DNA of 45,686 bases from a virus. Shown here piece after piece: positions 33,617 to 41,633 of this stretch. Both the position numbers and the translations under genes were made by a program. The DNA is taken from positions 1-45,686 of the IMG/VR virus record IMGVR_UViG_3300045988_032761; one strand, 5' to 3'. The stretch's first letter is position 1, and every line of letters begins with the position of its first letter. The notes below the pieces were generated by a model. That model was not told the origin of the DNA and did no database searches. It was given only the letters and a program-made list of their open reading frames with translations.

Positions 33617-35178
33617 TACGCACTGTACCCCCTTCTGTTAAACAACGGTTCATAAGCATATCTAAGTGCCGAGATTGCATGATCGTTTCCGTCAGGATAA
33701 CCACTTATTACATTTCCCTCTTTGTCCCGATCGTACTCATATTCTGTGATTTCTTTATATGCGTTCGGTGTTCGCTTCGGGTCAATGACTATGGTCTTTG
33801 TTTGCAAGAATTTAAAACCATACTCGATACTTCCCGGCCCTTTGATTGCTCCTCTAGCAGGAAGTCCGGCGTCCCGGAAGTCGTTCACAGATTTAGGCTC
33901 CGCAGAATCGCATATCATTGTGTAATCATCATAGCCTTTTTTCTTGATCCAATCAGCGGTCTTGGAGTTGCTCCATTTATTTACATATAGCTCGTCAATT
34001 AGATATATCTTCTCTCTGGCAGAATCGTAATAAGTTCGGAGATAGCAGAAGGCATCCGGGTACCATCCATAATCTACGCCAGGGAAAATACGGTCCATGC
34101 GGCTGATTTCTTCATCTGTAATATCTCTAATCTCCAGATATTCAAATACATTTCCACCGTCGCCATTTGGGACACCTAGGTACTCATGCTCATAGGCTTC
34201 TGGGTTGATTTCTTTCAGATGTGCTGCATCGTCAATAAACTTCTGTCCGAGCCACTCCGCCGGGGCTTCCAGATAACTCGAATGATGAATAACTCTTTTC
34301 GGGTTAGGTATGAGCTTAATCCTGTTTACCCAGTTTGATTTTGATTTTGGTGGGTTATATGATGAAAAATCATAGGACTCATCGCCACCACGAAGCACTG
34401 ACTGATTAACAGAACGTTCCTGGGCATCTCCCTTCATTTGATCTTTTTCCTCTTTCCAGAGGATTCCAATGTAGCCAAATTCCGGCTTAATGGATTTCAG
34501 CTTGGTTTCATCGTCCAGACCACGGAAGTATATTGTCTGCCCCGTCTTAATATATTTGATTTCAAGCGGCGACACCTTACATTCAAATTCTTCCATCAGT
34601 CCAAGTTCGTTGATAGCCCATTTCATGTTAGCATATACGGAATCTTTCAGAGTACCGGCCACCTGTCTTGTAATGCAGGCGTGCATCTGAGGATTGTTCT
34701 TAATAAGTTCAACAATCTTAAAAGCTACGAATGAAGATTTCAGACCGCCTCGACCACCCTCGAATACATATTCGATATTAGGCTTGATTTGCCGGTTAAT
34801 ATCCACGAATGCCTTACCAAGTACTCTGGCAGGAAGCTCATATTTGCTTTCGTCTGATTTTGATACGGCTACCAACTGTTCCCATTTGTCTACCGCCTGC
34901 ATATTACCTTTTATGGCTTTATCATACACGGCAGCCGCAATACGGGCATTGTTATTTGCATCCTCGTCAGATATTCCCATCTTCGCGAGTTTCTTCTTTG
35001 CAGCGGTCGGGGCAGGATTCTCAGCTATCATTTTTGCTAATTCAGAAAGGGTCTTTTTTTGACGGCGTACTTCTCCCGACTTAATACCGCCTTTTTTTGT
35101 TATTTCTCGGAGTTCGCTCGGAGTTCGTTCAGAATTCGGTATTAAATTTTTCTCATTTGCCATCCTATCAACATCCAA
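33616..35178 (-). CDS. terL: Terminase large subunit (PBSX-like) with an N-terminal small-subunit-like extension
   Basis: Walker-A region YVFEGGRGGLKSSF at about aa 138. The first ~110 aa (NEKNLIPNSERTPSELREITKKGGIKSGEVRRQKK...AIKGNMQAVDKWEQL) resemble TerS N-terminal domains. TTG start at 35178 with SD AAAGGA; the alternative ATG is at 35163. Confidence 0.85.
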   Translation of the reverse strand: MDVDRMANEKNLIPNSERTPSELREITKKGGIKSGEVRRQKKTLSELAKMIAENPAPTAAKKKLAKMGISDEDANNNARIAAAVYDKAIKGNMQAVDKWEQLVAVSKSDESKYELPARVLGKAFVDINRQIKPNIEYVFEGGRGGLKSSFVAFKIVELIKNNPQMHACITRQVAGTLKDSVYANMKWAINELGLMEEFECKVSPLEIKYIKTGQTIYFRGLDDETKLKSIKPEFGYIGILWKEEKDQMKGDAQERSVNQSVLRGGDESYDFSSYNPPKSKSNWVNRIKLIPNPKRVIHHSSYLEAPAEWLGQKFIDDAAHLKEINPEAYEHEYLGVPNGDGGNVFEYLEIRDITDEEISRMDRIFPGVDYGWYPDAFCYLRTYYDSAREKIYLIDELYVNKWSNSKTADWIKKKGYDDYTMICDSAEPKSVNDFRDAGLPARGAIKGPGSIEYGFKFLQTKTIVIDPKRTPNAYKEITEYEYDRDKEGNVISGYPDGNDHAISALRYAYEPLFNRRGYSA

Positions 35179-35200
35179 TCATATCCTTTCTGAATTAAAA

Positions 35201-35249
35201 CGCCCTAGCATAGTTATAGTTATATATACTATAATACCATACTAGGGCG
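35201..35249 (-). terminator. Large hairpin followed by a T-run just upstream of the terminase gene
   Basis: Minus strand reads CGCCCTAG ... (inner TTATAGT/ACTATAA) ... CTAGGGCG then TTTTAATT. Confidence 0.45.
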
Positions 35250-35256
35250 TACATAG

Positions 35257-35272
35257 CTCTCTACCACTTTTA
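35257..35272 (-). promoter_or_regulatory. 16-bp motif TAAAAGTGGTAGAGAG (minus strand), copy 1
   Basis: Exact copy of 22777-22792. Lies 16 nt after the stop of the 98-aa gene and upstream of the terminase gene. Confidence 0.45.
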
Positions 35273-35288
35273 TAAATTTTTAAGTTTT

Positions 35289-35585
35289 TTAAAGTCTGCC
35301 AATCAATTTGGCCAGATGATAGTATTCCGCCATGACCTTGCGTTTGTAGCCATAAAAGTCATTCTCCGTTGCAGGAACCGTTCTGATCTTCTCCATCGTT
35401 CGATAGCCGATACTGTTCACAATGCTGTCATAGATTTGCGATTCAATGCCGGGTGCATATTTGATAGATACCTGTAACAGATTGTATTTGTCGCTTTCGC
35501 TAAGATTCCGCAAGTGGCTTTGTAATGTCGGTACATCATCCGGCGGTACTCCGTAGTCAATCAGTGTTGCCTTCCTTAACTTCAT
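35289..35585 (-). CDS. Hypothetical protein, paralogue A of the DFYGY(K/R)RK family (possible late regulator)
   Basis: Shares L.DYG(V/I)P..D...L ... DFYGY(K/R)RK..A..Y....L.G with 38148..38471. It is the last gene before the terminase. Confidence 0.6.
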   Translation of the reverse strand: MKLRKATLIDYGVPPDDVPTLQSHLRNLSESDKYNLLQVSIKYAPGIESQIYDSIVNSIGYRTMEKIRTVPATENDFYGYKRKVMAEYYHLAKLIGRL

Positions 35586-35766
35586 TTATTTCACCTTCTT
35601 CGTTCAGACTCCAGTCACATGGTATGCCTTGAAAACATTCTGGACAGTGCTCGTAGAATCCGCAGCCTCTGCAATCCGCTGGCTGTCCAGTACAATATTG
35701 CTGTAGTACGCGGTATGCTGATATAGCAAGATTTGGCGTTATGTCTGGTTTAGGTTTGTTATTCAT
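35557..35766 (-). CDS. Small Cys-rich protein
   Basis: ATG at 35766 with SD GGAGAAG. CTGQPADCRGCGFYEHCPECFQGIPC. Confidence 0.55.
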   Translation of the reverse strand: MNNKPKPDITPNLAISAYRVLQQYCTGQPADCRGCGFYEHCPECFQGIPCDWSLNEEGEINEVKEGNTD

Positions 35767-35906
35767 TTCTTCATCTTCTCCAACTTTTTCACGGTGAAAA
35801 ATGTATTTATCATTGACGATAAGATTACGAAATTTTTCTCGTACTCTATGCAATCACTTTCTCTCCCATTATCTTCATCAATGTATCTTTTTGTTAATCT
35901 CTTCAT

Positions 35907-36287
35907 CTACTTCACCTCTTCCATCTGGCTTTCTACGGTATCTGCAAGTAGCTTCAAGGACTTAATAAATGAGTTCGTCAATGCTGTTCTGTCTGAGTAT
36001 TTAGTTAATGTTCTGACAAGGCTTATAGCATCTTTGAGCTTCTTCTCATATTCAGTTACGTCTGATGCTTCTACTAATTCATATCCCGGTTCAAGGCTGG
36101 CATTTCTTGTTAGTCCTTTATCGCTATAGAACTTTAATATATCCGGGATCTGCTGTTTTTCAAAAGGATATGGATACGCTTCTTTTCCACCGTACCATCT
36201 ATATCCTTGTTTCTTTGCTGCTTTCAGAATATTTTCATATTCTGCATGTGTTCTGACTAATACGCATTTATTTGTCAGATCAATCAT
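35907..36287 (-). CDS. Hypothetical early protein
   Basis: ORF in operon context. Confidence 0.55.
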   Translation of the reverse strand: MIDLTNKCVLVRTHAEYENILKAAKKQGYRWYGGKEAYPYPFEKQQIPDILKFYSDKGLTRNASLEPGYELVEASDVTEYEKKLKDAISLVRTLTKYSDRTALTNSFIKSLKLLADTVESQMEEVK

Positions 36288-36588
36288 CTACTTCACCTCC
36301 TGTAATCTCATCAATGCACTGGTTCCAGCCCTCCACAAAGCTAGCATCAGATGTATTAGCCGGATAGTCTCCATTGTCTTTTTCTGGCAAATCCATAAGT
36401 GGACACCATTCAGGTCTTGATTTACTTTCAAAGCCGTAGTATTCTTCTGTTAGCAACGTCATGATTTTTCCTAAATGTTCAGCTAATTCACAATTCCCCT
36501 TATAGATATAAATATCGTAATATTCAGTTCCAAATGGACAGTTGTAACAGCTTTTTGGTGTATCAATCACTAATACTGATTTACTCAT
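36280..36588 (-). CDS. Hypothetical early protein (Cys-containing)
   Basis: ORF overlaps its neighbours by 4-8 nt. Confidence 0.55.
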   Translation of the reverse strand: MSKSVLVIDTPKSCYNCPFGTEYYDIYIYKGNCELAEHLGKIMTLLTEEYYGFESKSRPEWCPLMDLPEKDNGDYPANTSDASFVEGWNQCIDEITGGEVDD

Positions 36589-37307
36589 TCCGGCACCTCC
36601 ATTCCTAAATCAAATAATGTTAATTGTGATTTGAACTCGTTCAACCGTTTTTGAGCTGAATCGTAATAATCTTCATTAATTTCATACCCGACATATTCAA
36701 GCCCACATTCTTCATAGGCAATCAATGAACTTCCGCTCCCCACATGGGTATCAAGAATCTTCATTCCTTTCTGCAGATATTTCTGACATATCCAACGATA
36801 TAAATTTACAGGCTTTTGGGTTGGGTGGATTCGCTTTTCGTTCAGCCTTTTGTTGCCCTGCTGTATTGTTCCTTCAATTATTGATTTTCCTTGAAACATT
36901 CCTCTCCACATATAGCGGAAAATGTCAACCCTTCTTGTAAGACTGCAGTAAGCAACTTCTGCGTCTGATTGATCTGAACCATCATTGCATTTATCCCAGA
37001 TTATCAAGCCACCTGCCATTGGGTAATCAAAGTAATTACATCCCCAGATAATCTGATTCTTTGATACTCTGAATAGCTGTTTAAAATACTCTCGATCTGG
37101 CGGTTTATTATCCCAACCATAATTCTTATAGCCGCCATCAGGAACATAAATGGAACTTCCATTTTTCTGCTTTACATATTTACTACGATTCTTACCGCCG
37201 TGTTCTTTGATTCCGTATGGTGGGTCTACAACTGCCACATCGAAGTAATTATCTGGAAAGTCCGGGAGAAAATTCATACAGTCACCGCAAATAAATTCTC
37301 TTTGCAT
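36585..37307 (-). CDS. Orphan DNA methyltransferase (N6-A/N4-C, DPPY class)
   Basis: VAVVDPPYGI (motif IV) is N-terminal and ILDTHVGSGSSL (motif I) is C-terminal. No adjacent endonuclease. Confidence 0.85.
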   Translation of the reverse strand: MQREFICGDCMNFLPDFPDNYFDVAVVDPPYGIKEHGGKNRSKYVKQKNGSSIYVPDGGYKNYGWDNKPPDREYFKQLFRVSKNQIIWGCNYFDYPMAGGLIIWDKCNDGSDQSDAEVAYCSLTRRVDIFRYMWRGMFQGKSIIEGTIQQGNKRLNEKRIHPTQKPVNLYRWICQKYLQKGMKILDTHVGSGSSLIAYEECGLEYVGYEINEDYYDSAQKRLNEFKSQLTLFDLGMEVPE

Positions 37308-37717
37308 CAGTGTTCCTCCTGTAATAATTCTTTATTGTCGAAAATGTTTCCAACTACTTCATAATGTTCCAGATCAAACTTATTAAGATATTCTTTATCC
37401 GTGCTACCAGTTTCGTGTCCTACCCATCCAGCAACGCCCCATTCAACAGTTTCATATGTCGCATCCTCTGGGTAGGATTCGTCCAAGTGTGCCATCAGGA
37501 TGTCATTCTCCCAGATTCTTTTACCGTTCTTGTCGCAAAGTCCTGTGAACTGGCAGAGGGTTTCTGGAACAATTTCCGTTTGTTCCCATGCCGTACGACC
37601 ATCTACATGGAAGATTAAATGTTCTTCGTTTCCTAAAAAATCATGTCTTTTCTGGTAATATCCCTCGACCCATTCATTGCCTCCAACCTGCTTTGCCTTG
37701 AAAAGAATTTCTCTCAT
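37307..37717 (-). CDS. YopX-family protein
   Basis: MREILFKAKQ...WVEGYY ... IVPETLCQFTGLCDKNGKRIWENDI ... VVGNIFDN. Confidence 0.8.
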   Translation of the reverse strand: MREILFKAKQVGGNEWVEGYYQKRHDFLGNEEHLIFHVDGRTAWEQTEIVPETLCQFTGLCDKNGKRIWENDILMAHLDESYPEDATYETVEWGVAGWVGHETGSTDKEYLNKFDLEHYEVVGNIFDNKELLQEEH

Positions 37718-37995
37718 TCAACTCCACCCTCCTTCACAAGCTCGATTGCTTTATCTAATGCATTTCCTACATTTTCATAAGCAACATCTAGCTTTTTATC
37801 TCCTGTGTTTGCTATTGAAAACCAATACATCGCCTTTAAATCTTTCAACTGCTTCACAACTTTGTCCAAGTCAAAAGCTGTCGGCTGATTATTGACGCAA
37901 TCAATAAACTCTTTCTGATCAGAACTAATACTTGTGCCAATTTCCCAAATTTTGATGTATTTAATTAATTCGTCTGCATCAATCAGTCTTCCCAT
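37714..37995 (-). CDS. Hypothetical early protein
   Basis: MGRLIDADELIKYI, a common phage N-terminus of unknown function. Confidence 0.55.
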   Translation of the reverse strand: MGRLIDADELIKYIKIWEIGTSISSDQKEFIDCVNNQPTAFDLDKVVKQLKDLKAMYWFSIANTGDKKLDVAYENVGNALDKAIELVKEGGVE

Positions 37996-38011
37996 TTTTT
38001 CGTCTCTCCTT

Positions 38012-38155
38012 TCAATCGCTCGCCATAAAATTACTAAAACATAACACGCATGCTATAATATTAAGTGTCATAACATCCCACTTCTGATTGATTATATTCA
38101 CAACAATGCATCCAGCATTTGCAATGCCTAAAACTAATGAAAAATATTTACTCAT
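38012..38155 (-). CDS. Small membrane protein
   Basis: ATG at 38155 with SD GGGAGG at 9 nt. Two hydrophobic segments. Confidence 0.45.
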   Translation of the reverse strand: MSKYFSLVLGIANAGCIVVNIINQKWDVMTLNIIACVLCFSNFMASD

Positions 38156-38471
38156 TGTTTTCATCCTCCCATACTCCCAACAACCGCATTCTCTCATACA
38201 GTACAGCGACGGTCTTGCGTCTGTATCCGTAGAAGTCTTTTGGATTCATCGGGATATATCTTTCTTTGCTGATTTTCCTGTAACTTTTCCGGTGCAAGAT
38301 ATTCTCAACAACCATATCCGCTATCACCGTGTTCTTAGGGCAAGCTGACAAGGCGGCGCTGGTAAGCAGGTATCCGTACTCTGCCGGGAAGTCTTTCAGC
38401 ATCGTGTTTAATTTTTCAATGTCCTCTGCCGGAATACCGTAGTCTTTCAGCTTTTTATTCCTTGTCAGCAT
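38148..38471 (-). CDS. Hypothetical protein, paralogue B of the DFYGY(K/R)RK family
   Basis: ATG at 38471 with SD AAAGGAG. See the paralogue at 35289..35585. Confidence 0.6.
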   Translation of the reverse strand: MLTRNKKLKDYGIPAEDIEKLNTMLKDFPAEYGYLLTSAALSACPKNTVIADMVVENILHRKSYRKISKERYIPMNPKDFYGYRRKTVAVLYERMRLLGVWEDENNE

Positions 38472-38484
38472 ACCGTTCTCCTTT

Positions 38485-38586
38485 CTATTCGTCTGGATGG
38501 TGTTTGTCGTACATGATCGCCACACATACAAGACTAACCACTCCAAATATAGTTCCAAGGGTGAATCCTAATAAGAATGTAATCAT
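38485..38586 (-). CDS. Possible 33-aa single-TM peptide (MITFLLGFTLGTIFGVVSLVCVAIMYDKHHPDE)
   Basis: Below the ORF-track cutoff. ATGA overlap with the upstream stop. Confidence 0.4.
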   Translation of the reverse strand: MITFLLGFTLGTIFGVVSLVCVAIMYDKHHPDE

Positions 38587-38816
38587 GCTTCCACCTCACT
38601 ATCATCTGGCATCTGATGATCAATATGTCCATTTACATAGGCTTCCTGAATCATATCCAGTACTTTTATAACTTTTGCTTCTGTCGAATACTCTCCAATA
38701 TCATAAATAGCATCACCATTATTAGCAAAAATTCTTAATCTATCATCGCCCACTTCTATACTTGATACGTTGTTCATATTGATTAATATGCGTTTATCCT
38801 GACTTCTGATTAACAT
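38583..38816 (-). CDS. Hypothetical early protein
   Basis: ORF in operon context. Confidence 0.55.
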   Translation of the reverse strand: MLIRSQDKRILINMNNVSSIEVGDDRLRIFANNGDAIYDIGEYSTEAKVIKVLDMIQEAYVNGHIDHQMPDDSEVEA

Positions 38817-39391
38817 TTTGCGTCCTCCTTAATCTTGCAAAAATCGCATTCAGTATTGCAATTTTTCCACTCGTCTGAATATTCTTCATATCCATCCGCT
38901 CCATTCAAATACTTATATGCAAGCACATTCATACATCTTTCGCAGGCCGTAGAAAAAACAACGAGTGCTTCCTGTAGTGTATAATCTCCGCTGTTTACCA
39001 TTGCCATTATGACATCTTGATTTCCACCTCCAATACTTGTATGTAAGTCAATAAGTGGTGTAGTATCCGTTCCAGAATCCCATTTTCTTCCCCAAGGCTG
39101 CCACCACTTTCTTGTTTGGCTACACCCACAATTAGTGCATATATGGCCTTTTAATCCCTTTATCAGACCTGTATCCTTTTTCCAATATTTTCTTTTGTGT
39201 TTGCACGCTTCCTTTTGAGATTTGCTATGTACCGTATAAACGCATTCCGTTATTTGCAATGGGAAACAAGAATGATACGTTCTTGCCTTTTCCGGTGTTT
39301 CACACATTAAATCTTCTTTTTGATTAATCACATTTCCATTCTCATCTTCGTACCAAATTCCTAATTTCAATTTTGCTTTATCAATATTCAT
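38810..39391 (-). CDS. Cys-rich hypothetical protein
   Basis: Multiple CxxC pairs (CTNCGC, CERC, CDFC). Confidence 0.55.
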   Translation of the reverse strand: MNIDKAKLKLGIWYEDENGNVINQKEDLMCETPEKARTYHSCFPLQITECVYTVHSKSQKEACKHKRKYWKKDTGLIKGLKGHICTNCGCSQTRKWWQPWGRKWDSGTDTTPLIDLHTSIGGGNQDVIMAMVNSGDYTLQEALVVFSTACERCMNVLAYKYLNGADGYEEYSDEWKNCNTECDFCKIKEDAKC

Positions 39392-39629
39392 TTTTCATTC
39401 TCACTTTCTCATATAATTCAAAATATTCTTCCAATGTTTCTGGCAGTTTGATACAATCTGGCTCATAAGGTTTTGGATATACAGCATATCCGCACTTCGG
39501 GCATTTGATTTGTGGTGGAAAGTCCCTACTCCATTCCATATTTCCACCACATTTTCTGCAACGAATGTATCTCTCTACTTTCTTTGGTTTTGTTTTGAAA
39601 AATGAAGTGTAATTATTATTTTTTTTCAT
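39381..39629 (-). CDS. Zinc-ribbon protein
   Basis: ATG at 39629 (SD GAGG). CRKCGG ... CPKCG. Confidence 0.55.
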   Translation of the reverse strand: MKKNNNYTSFFKTKPKKVERYIRCRKCGGNMEWSRDFPPQIKCPKCGYAVYPKPYEPDCIKLPETLEEYFELYEKVRMKNEY

Positions 39630-39646
39630 TTCCATCCTCGCTTTCC

Positions 39647-39666
39647 CCATGTAAGCAACTACATGG
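39647..39666 (-). promoter_or_regulatory. Hairpin element A (CCATGTA-GTTGCT-TACATGG)
   Basis: Intergenic, about 18 nt upstream of the ATG at 39629. Shares AGTTGCTTACAT with element B. Confidence 0.45.
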
Positions 39667-39670
39667 CTAA

Positions 39671-40033
39671 TCAACAAAACTCCATCTGTCCATCATCAAT
39701 AAACTTCTTTTTCTTCCGGCTTAATGTATCACCCTGCTGTTTCAATCTATCCACGCGGGCTTTCTGGTTAAAGTTCGCCATATAATTATCGTCAACTTCT
39801 GGCGGTACTTTTAGAAAATATTCTTCTGGAAGCGGAAGATTATGTTCCTCACAACAATTTGCAATCTCATTTCTGTATGAAAGAATATGATTTCTGGTCA
39901 GATTCATATTACATCCATCCGCCCAAAATGGATCATTATAGCCATTTTCGTTTATGTGCTTCCAGATAGTGCGCTCATGTAATAGGCTTTCTCTTAACAA
40001 CTCTAATTCCTGTTCCGGTGTTTTTTGCTTCAT
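39671..40033 (-). CDS. Hypothetical early protein
   Basis: ATG at 40033 with SD AAGGAG at 7 nt. Confidence 0.55.
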   Translation of the reverse strand: MKQKTPEQELELLRESLLHERTIWKHINENGYNDPFWADGCNMNLTRNHILSYRNEIANCCEEHNLPLPEEYFLKVPPEVDDNYMANFNQKARVDRLKQQGDTLSRKKKKFIDDGQMEFC

Positions 40034-40048
40034 CCTCATTCTCCTTTT

Positions 40049-40092
40049 GCCAATGTAAGCAACTGACACGCTATTGTGTAGTGGTACATGGC
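40049..40092 (-). promoter_or_regulatory. Hairpin element B (GCCATGTA ... AGTTGCTTACATTGGC)
   Basis: Same arms as element A, with a roughly 23-nt larger loop. Lies upstream of the ATG at 40033. Confidence 0.4.
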
Positions 40093-40469
40093 TTTTCACT
40101 TTCATACAAAATATCCGGGTTGAACACTTTTTCTATGTAATAATAGACATATCTTTTTCCAGTTTCCGAAACAAATTCGACTTTTGAACCGCTAACTAGG
40201 TGTCCACTGACAAGTCCGCTAAAATTCATTGGATTCTCTGGAAAAACTCCGACAAATAATAATTTGTCCATCATCTTTTCAATGTCAGATTCCGTTTCTG
40301 TCTTTAAATACATGGTTTTATGTAAATGCGATAATGGTATTCGTATTTCTTTCGTATTAGTTCCAAATACTCTGTACATATCGCTAAGGCTTTGCCACAT
40401 AGCCAGTTCTTTTTTGTTTAGGGACTGACTTAATTTGATTGTTTCGGATTTATAATTTATTTCTTTCAT
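40071..40469 (-). CDS. Hypothetical early protein
   Basis: ORF in operon context. Confidence 0.55.
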   Translation of the reverse strand: MKEINYKSETIKLSQSLNKKELAMWQSLSDMYRVFGTNTKEIRIPLSHLHKTMYLKTETESDIEKMMDKLLFVGVFPENPMNFSGLVSGHLVSGSKVEFVSETGKRYVYYYIEKVFNPDILYESEKPCTTTQ

Positions 40470-40856
40470 TTAAACTCCCATCTTCTTAACCAGATTTTTA
40501 TTCATCTCGTCAAATCTTACATCTGTGTTCTCTTCAATGTCCTGTATCATGCTCAGAACGCTCATTTTGCCCTCATTTGCCATTTTAACGTATTCATTGG
40601 CAGTTTGTACGACTGTGAGTAAACGCTTCGTAGAAAAGCCATACAGCTTTCTCAGAGCCATCATGGTTGTGACGGTGTTGATCGTATTGCTCCAATCTTC
40701 TCCGGTATTGAATCCGTCCTCATAAGCTTTCTTTTCCATTTCTTTAAGCTGACTACTTACATTCTGCATGGCTCTTCCAAACGCCTGTGCAGCCTGATTG
40801 TTCTGCGCCAGCGGAAGTTTCCGCTTCTTTGGCTTTATTTTTAATTTGCTACTCAT
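40470..40856 (-). CDS. Hypothetical early protein
   Basis: ORF in operon context, abutting the next gene. Confidence 0.55.
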   Translation of the reverse strand: MSSKLKIKPKKRKLPLAQNNQAAQAFGRAMQNVSSQLKEMEKKAYEDGFNTGEDWSNTINTVTTMMALRKLYGFSTKRLLTVVQTANEYVKMANEGKMSVLSMIQDIEENTDVRFDEMNKNLVKKMGV

Positions 40857-40868
40857 ATCTTTTTCCTC

Positions 40869-41633
40869 TTATCCGTTTATCCCTGCAAGGAACTCTCGCT
40901 GTTCCCCCATGGCCTTTTTCTTCCGGATGCTCTCTTCCGGCATTTGTAACTCTACACTAGTCTTTACGATCCGGTCTCTGGTCCTTGCATCCACGTTCAG
41001 TCCGTCTGTGCTCATGTTCGACGTGTAGATCGTGATATTCCCGTCTTCCATGCGCTTATTTATCAGGCGGAATAGTTCCTGCCTCTGCCAGTCCTTGTCA
41101 GCCTGTGCACCGATATCGTCCAATACCAGTAATCTGCATTCCCGGTAGACTTCACTGGGATCCGCTTCGCCCCTGTCCCTCTTGTAGCTGTCTCCGACTG
41201 TGCTTATGTAGTCCACAGCTGTGATAAACCTCATCTGCAGGTCATATTTCATCATCAAGGACTTTGCCAGGCAGCAGGCAAGGAACGTTTTCCCACTTCC
41301 CGGTGTTTTACTCCAGAGGTATAAGCCTTTCCCTGCTTTATTCCACCTGTCAAAATTTTTCAGGATATCCGTACATAGGGTTTTTAGTTTGCTCATGTCA
41401 ATCCTGTATGCAGCGAAATCAAATTTCATGAAGTCTGCATCATGATACTCCGCTGGAACTCCTGTGTTGTCCTCGCTCCGTCTTGCACCTGTGCATCTTG
41501 TACAGCGTCTTGCAAACATTGCCTCTTCCGGTTCCCCGTAAGTTAGGACTGTTGCTGTGTACAGTTCCCAGCCGGTGCCATGGCATACCGGGCAGTCACC
41601 ATAACCGGACGGAATTTGTTGGTTCTGGGTCAT
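40869..41633 (-). CDS. DnaC/IstB-like AAA+ helicase loader with an N-terminal zinc knuckle
   Basis: CPVCHGTGW; Walker A TPGSGKTFLA; Walker B LLVLDDIGAQ. ATG at 41633 with SD AAGGTG. Confidence 0.85.
   Translation of the reverse strand: MTQNQQIPSGYGDCPVCHGTGWELYTATVLTYGEPEEAMFARRCTRCTGARRSEDNTGVPAEYHDADFMKFDFAAYRIDMSKLKTLCTDILKNFDRWNKAGKGLYLWSKTPGSGKTFLACCLAKSLMMKYDLQMRFITAVDYISTVGDSYKRDRGEADPSEVYRECRLLVLDDIGAQADKDWQRQELFRLINKRMEDGNITIYTSNMSTDGLNVDARTRDRIVKTSVELQMPEESIRKKKAMGEQREFLAGING

Noticed and set aside
36947-36956. Third copy of GTAAGCAACT (core of the hairpin elements) inside the methyltransferase gene
   Set aside because: Only the 10-mer matches, with no flanking inverted repeat. 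It lies in frame within coding sequence (..EVAYCS..). Treated as coincidence.
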